From Phaeosaccion multiseriatum (Eukaryota > Protista > Ochrophyta, other classes): a DNA stretch of 64,000 nucleotides. Location: contig OZ218960.1 of assembly GCA_965112735.1 (NCBI GenBank), positions 2,976,001 to 3,040,000 of the forward strand, given 5' to 3'. A program made the translations under genes and the position numbers. Positions 56,514-64,000 of this stretch are shown here, piece by piece. The first letter of the stretch is position 1; the number at the start of each line of letters is the position of its first letter. Below the pieces are notes generated by a model that made no database searches, was not told the origin of the DNA, and worked only from the letters and a program-made list of their open reading frames with translations.

Positions 56514-56663
56514 TGTATCTTGTTACAGCCTCGGATATCGGGTTTCTTTTGTTTTTGGCGATAATCCTTCGGTCAAGGAGTTTGAAGATGGCATTGACTG
56601 CCATCTCGACTCTCCACTCTCCCGCCTTCATTTCCCGTAGCTCAAAGGAGAAGGGACAGGAGA

Positions 56664-59600
56664 ATGAGACGAGAACATGCTGCCAGAGCAACAAACGTAG
56701 AAGATGTAGACCAGAGAGGAGAAGAAGGGGTAGCGCATCGATGGGGTGGACGAAGGCGCCGGAGAGTGCTGTGTCGGGAGGAGAGGAGGAGGTCCACAGC
56801 CTCCCTGGCCTCCCTTGCCTCCGCGTCGCTCTCCTGCTTGCTTCTCGCCCCCGTGTCGCAGGTTCATGGGTTCGCTCCGTGCCCTGCAACGAGCTACGCG
56901 TCCCTTTCCCCTTCTTCCCGACCGTCTGCAATTGGCCCACTGCTTCGACCACAGAGCGACTCCACTCGGCCGCGAGTCGCCTCTACGTGGGCCTGCGGCG
57001 GCTCTCCACGCCTTAAGGCGACGTGGGCTCGCGAAAATTTCGGTATCAGTAGCAGTAGCAGCAACATCAGCGGCGGCAGCAGCAGCAGCAGCAACAGCAG
57101 CAGAAGGAGGGGGGCCAGCTGGAGGACGGGCAGCAGAAGAGCCTGCAGTGAGGAAAGCTCCAGCGAAAGAGACCAAGAAGAGGTCAGCAGCAGCAGTGGT
57201 AGTGGTGCGAAGAGTAATAGTAGCAGCAGTAGCAGCGGCAGTAGTAGTAGTCTACCCCGTCGCATGGAGACGCTCCTCTCCCTGCTGGAGGCCGAGCCGG
57301 ACGCGAGGGCAAAGAGCGAGCTGCTGGTGCGAATGGGAGACGCTTTCTACAACCATTGCAAGGACCAGGGCCAGGGTCAGGGCCATGGTCCCGGTCAGGG
57401 TCAAGGTCAGGACCGCTCCTCTGCGCCCTCCCCTCCACCCCTGCTCTTCTCCTCGCCCTCCATGGCCGCCTCAGCTCAACGTGTGCCCGGCTGCGTGTCA
57501 GCGGTGAGCATCGCAGTCTCGGTGACTTATCCCATCGCCAACAGCGAACCCGAACCCGAAGCAGCGCCGCAGACCGCTCCGGCCCACCTCCCGAGTGCGA
57601 CTGTGACTGTGGAGGGCACAGCCGATGCCCGAGTGACGCGGGGGGTGGTAGCCCTCGTGTGCACAGGGCTTACAGGAGAGGACCCAGAGAGCGTCTTGGC
57701 GCTGGACAAGCAACAGGTAAGATGGCAGCGAACGTCGAGGTGCATCTCACCTCTCACACCTCACTCCTCCCCCCTCACCCCTCACTCCTCACACCTCACA
57801 CCTCACCCCTCACACCTCACACCTCACACCTCACACCTCACACCTCACCCCTCACACCTCACACCTCACACCTCACACCTCACCCCTCACACCTCACACC
57901 TCACACCTCACACCTCACACCTCACACCTCACCCCTCACACCTCACACCTCACACCTCACACCTCATACGTCCAACTCACACCTCACACCTGAATCCTCA
58001 CACTTCACACCTGAATCCTCACACCTTATACACATGTCTCCTCCTCCTCCTCCTCCTCCTCCTCCTCCTCCTCCTCCTCCTCCTCCTCCTCCTCCTCCTC
58101 CTCCTCCTCCTCCTCCTCCTCCTCCTCCTCCTCCTCCTCCTCCTCCTCCTCCTCCTCCTCCTCCTCCTCCTCCTCCTCCTCCTCCTCCTCCTCCTCCTCC
58201 TCCTCCTCCTCCTCCTCCTCCTCCTCCTCCTCCTCCTCCTCCTCCTCCTCCTCCTCCTCCTCCTCCTCCTCCTCCTCCTCCTCCTCCGCCACCTCCTCCT
58301 CCTCCTCCGCCTCCTCCTCCTCCTCCTCCTTTAGGTGGCCGAGCGGCTGGGGCTGCGGGCCATGTTGACGGAGGGACGCATCAACGGGCTGCGCAACATC
58401 ATCGACAGCGTGCAGAAGCAGGTCAAACAGCAGTATGGCAAGCAGCAACAGGTCAGTGTCAAGCAGCAACAGGTCAGTGTCAAGCAGCCCCCTCCTCCCC
58501 CAAGCATGACGTCAATACCATCAAGCAGGTCAACCAGACTCACTCACTCACTCTGTCCCTCCCTCCCTCCCTCCCTCACTCACTCCCTCACTCAGTCCCT
58601 CACTCACTCACTCACCTACTCCCTCCCTCCCTCACTCACTCACTCACTCACTCACTCACTCACTCACTCACTCAACTCACTCACTCACTCCCTCCCTCCC
58701 TCCCTCCCTCGCTCACTCACTCACTCACTCAGTCACTCACTCCCTCACTCACTGACTGACTGACTCACTCACTCACTCACTCACTTACTTACTCACTGAC
58801 ACACTCACCCCCCTTCCACCCACCCACTCCCTCCCTCCCTCCCTCCCTCCCTCCCTCCCTCCCTCCCTCCCTCCCTCCCTCCCTCCCTCCCTCCCTCACC
58901 CTCCACAACACCATGCAGGTTAAACAGGTGGCGGTTTCACAAGCCCTCTCTCTACAGGAGCAGGTGAAGCGAGCACTCTCCTCTTCCTCCCCAAGCGGCA
59001 CTGACGGTTCCTCCGTTGCAGGGGGGGGGGATGCGATGGCCCCAGTGCTGAGCATTCGGCCGCCAGAAGAAGGTGGAGAGGGAGAGGCAAGGGCTGTCTT
59101 AGAGGCCGCTACTCGGCCTAGGGACGAGGGGGAGCGCAGCAGCTTGACTACCAACAGTAGCAGCAGTGGCAGCAGCAGCAGTGGCAGCAGCAGCAGTAGT
59201 CGTAGTACCGCCAGCAGCAGTAGGAGTGGGGAGATTCGGGGCAGCGAAGAGGTGGCGGTGCTGCTCAGCGGAGGCGTGGACTCCTCCGTCGCCCTCCACC
59301 TCCTCCTCCAACAAGGTCTCAAACCACGCGCCTTCTACCTCAAGATCTGGCTCGAGGATGAGCTGTCGTACCTGGGCACATGCCCCTGGGAGGAGGACTT
59401 ACGTTACGCGGAGGCGGTGTGTGCACAGGCAGGTGTACCGCTCGAGGTCTTGTCGATGCAGAGGGAGTACTGGGATCAAGTGGTGAGCTACACGATTGCC
59501 GAGGCCAGGGCGGGGAGGACGCCCAACCCGGATATTATGTGCAACAGTCGCATCAAGTTTGGCATGTTCTACGAGCTTGTGGGAAGATACTATGAGAAAG

Positions 59601-62600
59601 TGGCCACGGGACATTACGCGCAGGTGAGGGAGGGAGGGAGGGAGAGGGAGGGAGGGGGAGGGAGAGGTTCAGGGAGAGGGACATAAAGAACGAAGGAAGG
59701 AAGGAAGGAAGGAAGGAAAGGCGAAAAGCAAGCAAGCAAGGAAGGAGAACACTATCTGACACACCCCCCATACCCCTCCCCTCCCCTCCCCTCCCCTCCA
59801 CTCTCTTCGTGGCCAAGGAAGGTGGTGCACCGCGAAGGCCAACCGTCGCACCTCCTTCGCAGCCCTGACCTCATCAAGGATCAGTCATACTTTCTCTGTG
59901 CCCTCTCCCAGGTGGGTTGAGTCGAGTTGAGTTTCAGTTTAGTAGACCTCACTGACTGTACTCCACTACTTTTGAGTTTCAGCCTTTTGGACCTTTTCCA
60001 ATTCCCAGCACCGAGAAGTTGCTTGGTTAGGAAGCGAGTTTGTCCATGGGGTGTACTGGACTGATGAGAAGTGATGAGCTGAATTCCTCAATTCCTGGAC
60101 TGATGAGAAGTGATGAGCTGAATTCCTCAATTCCTCAATTCATCGCCACATTGAGTTCTGACTTGCTTAGCTATACTCTATACCCTATACCCTATACCCA
60201 TACCCCATCATTTTCCTCAATTCCTCAATTCATCGCCACATTGAGTTCTGACTTGCTTAGCTATACTCTATACCCTATACCCTATACCCTATACCCATAC
60301 CCCATCATATTCCTCAATTCCTCAATTCATCGCCACATTGAGTTCTGACTCGCTCCTCCTCTCCTCCTCGTCCTTCCCTTCCTTCCTGTGTCCTTTGCCG
60401 TCGTGTACCCTATACTCTATACCCTATATCCTATACCCTATACCCATACCCCATCATACCTTACACCCTCTACACCCTACCCTACACCCTATACCCTATA
60501 CCCCATACCGTACACCCTTTACCCTATACCCCATATCCTACACCATATACCCTGTACCCTATGCCCCATACCCAATACCCGATACCATATATACTATACC
60601 CCATACACTACACGCTATACCCTATACCCCATACCCGATATACTCCGTACCCCATACCCCGTATACTACACCCTATACCCTATACCCTATACCCCACACA
60701 CTACACCCTATGCCCTATACCCTGCATCCTGTGCCCTGTGGCCTATGACCCTTTGTAGGAGCAACTCGGCAAGGCTCTGTTCCCGGTGGGCGGCTACACA
60801 AAGGATGAAATCAGACAACTGGCCAGGGATTTCGATCTGCCCACACAGGTCCGTCAGTCAGTCAGTCAGTCAGGCAGTCAGTCAGTCAATCAGGCAGGCA
60901 GTCAGTCAGCCAGTGAGTCAGTGAGGAGCGGGGCAGAGGCGGGAAGAGACCGGCTGTTTAGGCTGGCTGGCTGACGGGTTGGCTGACTGACCTTGACCTT
61001 GACCGGACACCCCTGACCCGTCGCTAACTGACCCCTGAGACACCACCGCCTGTGCGTGCTGCTTTCTCGTTCGTGCGCTGCTGCACCCATACTCTTTTTT
61101 CTCGGCACTCACACACACACACACACACACACGCGCGCGCGCACTCACACACACACACGCATGCACACACGAATACACGCATACACACACGTATACACAC
61201 ACAAACACACACGCATACACACACGAATACACGCATACACACACGTATACACACACAAACACATACATACACACACGCACGCACACACGCATCTAGAGCC
61301 GCAAGGACTCGCAAGGTATCTGCTTCCTTGGCAAGCTCAAGGTACGTTACGTAAGCCTTACGCAATGCTTTGTATCGTTATCCTCGTGTTGGATTCTTAC
61401 GTGATCCTCCCCATGCCTTGCGTAATCTTTTCTATTCTTCATGTTCGTTCTCCCTCCGTCCATCCAGTTCGATGACTTCCTGCGTCACTACTTGGGCGAG
61501 ACGCCCGGCCCCTGTGTGGAGTACGGCACTGGGGAGGTCATCGGGACGCACCGGGGGCTGTGGTTCCACACCGTGGGGCAAAGGAAGGTGGGAGTGGTCT
61601 GTTTGAATTTCAGTGTCTTTGTGTAACACAATCCTATACACGGTTTGTACACGGTTTTCTGTGTCTCTCCCCCCCCCCTCTCTCTCCCTCCGTCTGTCTC
61701 TGTCTTTCATGCCTTTTGTCCGACACAGGTTGTTGCACATCACTCACTCTCCTCTTCCCCGTTCCCTCCACCCCCCTCCCTCCCTCCCTCCCTCCCTCCC
61801 TCCTCCCTCTCTCCCTCCTTCCCTCCCTCCCCCCTCCCTCCCCCCTCCCTCCCTCCCTCCCTCCCTCCCTCCCTCCCTCCCTCCCTCCCTCCCTCCCTCC
61901 CTCCCTCCTTCCCTCCGTCCCTCCCTCCCTCCCTCCCTCCCTCCCTCCCTCCCTCCCTCCCTCCCTCCCATCAACTGCCATCCCTCCCTCCCTCCTTCCA
62001 CAGGGCATCGGCCCTGTCCTCGAGCCCCGCGTGATTCACAGAGGGCCCTGGTACGTCGCCGCCAAGGATCAGAGCACCAACACGCTTGTTGTGACCAATG
62101 ACTACGCTGCTGTGGACGCTCCCCGAGAGGCCTTCTTCCTGCAGGGCGTGAGGTGGATCGGTGAGCACGGCCTTAAGCAGCAGCAGGAGGAGGAGGGGCA
62201 ACAGTTGGTAGTACAGCAGGAGGGGGAGAGTGGTAGCAGCAGCAGCAGCAGTAGCAGCGCATTGGCTATGATCGGCGATGGGGGGGATGGCAGTGGATGG
62301 AACGGTATGATCTTCGACGTCAAAACCCGCCACGGCCCCTCTATCCAGCGTTGCTCCTTGCTTATGACAGGGCCGGCCCGGGGCCTGGTGCGCCTTCTCG
62401 AGCGGAAAGACTCAGGTCTGGCAGCCGGGCAGTACGCAGCGCTGTACGAGGTGTCGGGACAAGGTGAGAAGTCAATGAAGTCCATGAAGTCAACGATGCG
62501 TTGCGTGGGCAGCGGGGTGATTGAGGTGCTTCCGCTGGGGCTGAGCGTTGAGGAGGCGCTAAGGGAGGCCAAGACACAGGCTCAGCAGGCACAGCAGTTG

Positions 62601-62717
62601 GTGATACAGCCACAGGAGGAAGCACAGGTTCCGGAGGCACAGCAGTTGGTCATACAGCAGGAGGAACCACATGTTCAGGGGCAAGCAGAGCTCTCGTCAG
62701 TCGATGGCAGCCGATGA
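56664..62717 (+). CDS. mnmA: Predicted plastid-targeted fusion of a SufE domain and tRNA-specific 2-thiouridylase MnmA; 8 exons
   Basis: Exons 56664-57716, 58335-58451, 58919-59623, 59822-59911, 60759-60848, 61297-61341, 61468-61587, 62004-62717; every length is a multiple of 3. Leader [17 protein letters not shown]. SufE: [36 protein letters not shown]. MnmA: [66 protein letters not shown]. Confidence 0.9.
57750..58330. repeat. (CCTCACA)n 7-mer array followed by a ~290-bp (CCT)n tract, intron 1 of SufE-MnmA
   Basis: Direct reading. Confidence 0.92.
60056..60750. repeat. Local duplications plus degenerate (TATACCC)n array, intron 4 of SufE-MnmA
   Basis: CTGGACTGATGAGAAGTGATGAGCTGAATTCCTCAATTC x2; TCCTCAATTCATCGCCACATTGAGTTCTGAC x3; TACCC-rich tract. 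Confidence 0.8.
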
Positions 62718-62790
62718 TACTTTCCGCTTCATCACATGGAGCAGCGCGGGAGAGTCCCCAGCAGTTGGTGCTGCAACAGTACAACAACAA

Positions 62791-62826
<36 letters not shown>

Positions 62827-64000
62827 GAGGAGGAGGAAGACTGTAGCCTCTCTCAGTGTCTCTCTCTCGGAGTTTTGCCGTGTGCAGTTACACACTTCTA
62901 TTTCTTGTGCGCCTCTACAAGTAGTCTCTCCGAGTCGAACGTTAACGTCCATCGACAGAAGCGGCCAGGAGCGGCCAGTTTGAGTGTCAGTGTCAATTTC
63001 GGTGGAAATGATGCACTGATGGAATGTGTCGTATCAATATGATAAATATGTGTGGGTGCGTGCGATACGTTACGCACGTGCACGTCCGACGCGTCACGAT
63101 GCGATGCCCACGTCCACCATGAGCGCAAACTGTCAGCAAGTTTCAGTTTCAGCTCATCCAACCCCTCGCCCCTGCCGCTGCCGCTACCGCTGCCGCTGCT
63201 GGGCTGCCGCTGCCGCTATCGCTGCCGCTGCTGGGCTGCCGCATTGCTTGGGTGTGGGGAGGGCTTGATACTGACCAAATGCTCCTACTACTAGCCTACT
63301 AGCTAAGGTATTGCGACCTTGATGACTAAATGGTCCAACTAGTAAGGTAGTAAGCTAAGGCTTCTAGTCTGCTAGGACCGGCCATTCCTCAGCCCCATCC
63401 AAGTTCTGTCGGGCGCATTCTCCGGTCTTCCACATCGTTCGAGTATCGTGTTCCTTTTTGTTCTGCGAACGGAAAACGAAAGTACACGCTCAACGCCCAA
63501 TACCCAGTGCTGCTGTTGGTAGTAGGGTGGTGTCGAGCTGTCGCCAATTGGGACAAGCCATGCCCTCTCCTCTTAATGTCTTCTCTTCTCGAGCTGTGTG
63601 GTGTGGCAGTAGAGACGGGAGCAAGCTTCAACAGCGCTGTTGAGGCGATAATATAGAGGCATCTCTCTCTCTCTCTCTCTCTCTCACTTTCTCTCGTACA
63701 GTACATACATCGCATGGCAGTGTGCGTGTGATGGACTGCCATCGACTGCCATCGACACATGTGCATCGGCAGGCATCGGCACCGGCACTGGCATTGCACT
63801 CACGATAAACCGTGATGCACGATAAAATCGTGATACATGGTACCACCCCATGCAGCCACGAAACGGCATGCCGCCAAGCTGCATGATCGTATGAGGGCTG
63901 ACAATGGAGTTGACAGTGGATGGAAGGATGAAGGGATCACTCAGTCATCATCGTCGTCCTCCCCATTGGCGAGGTTGGCTTGCAGCTCAAGCGTTTCAAT

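Noticed and set aside
60056-60165. Hammerhead ribozyme (CTGATGAG) or C/D snoRNA (GTGATGA...CTGA with an AAG/CTT stem)
   Set aside because: No GAAA or stems for a hammerhead. The C/D candidate is only ~55 nt, lies in locally duplicated low-complexity sequence and has no recognisable rRNA guide next to box D. A snoscan/Infernal hit would reopen it.
60400-60750. Interstitial telomeric repeat
   Set aside because: The (TATACCC)-like units are degenerate and do not match TTAGGG/TTTAGGG; treated as an intronic simple repeat.
62800-64000. Terminal exon(s) of another minus-strand gene
   Set aside because: Only short low-complexity ORFs; no recognisable motif or consistent splice chain.

Overview
GC-rich, intron-dense eukaryotic nuclear DNA with GT-AG spliceosomal introns filled with microsatellites. 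A signal peptide followed by an FAP cleavage motif points to a heterokont/ochrophyte-type alga; this is inference, not a taxonomic identification. Eleven protein genes were assembled by hand from ORF fragments and splice sites: a partial WD40 (aladin-like) gene, a zinc-ribbon + 3xCCCH/RGG protein, SPT6 (~30 exons over 17 kb), a WDR76/CMR1-like WD40 protein with a PIP box, a TMEM181-like membrane protein, a secreted bacterial-like GT4 glycosyltransferase, an orphan ORF, a PSI-like/2TM/LEA_2 protein, an mTERF, a basic protein with a UAP56-binding-like motif, and a plastid-leader SufE-MnmA fusion. Ten of the eleven lie in five head-to-head pairs. Main findings: (1) the in-frame SufE-MnmA fusion, which suggests a tethered SufS->SufE->MnmA sulfur relay for tRNA s2U34 thiolation; (2) a dispersed DNA word (CAGCA)GTTGGTGATAC(AGC) present in exons in several reading frames, in introns and in UTRs; (3) an intronic GGATGGCAGTGGATGG motif whose orientation follows donor versus acceptor position in every intronic cluster checked. 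No database searches were run; all exon coordinates are manual and need RNA-seq confirmation.
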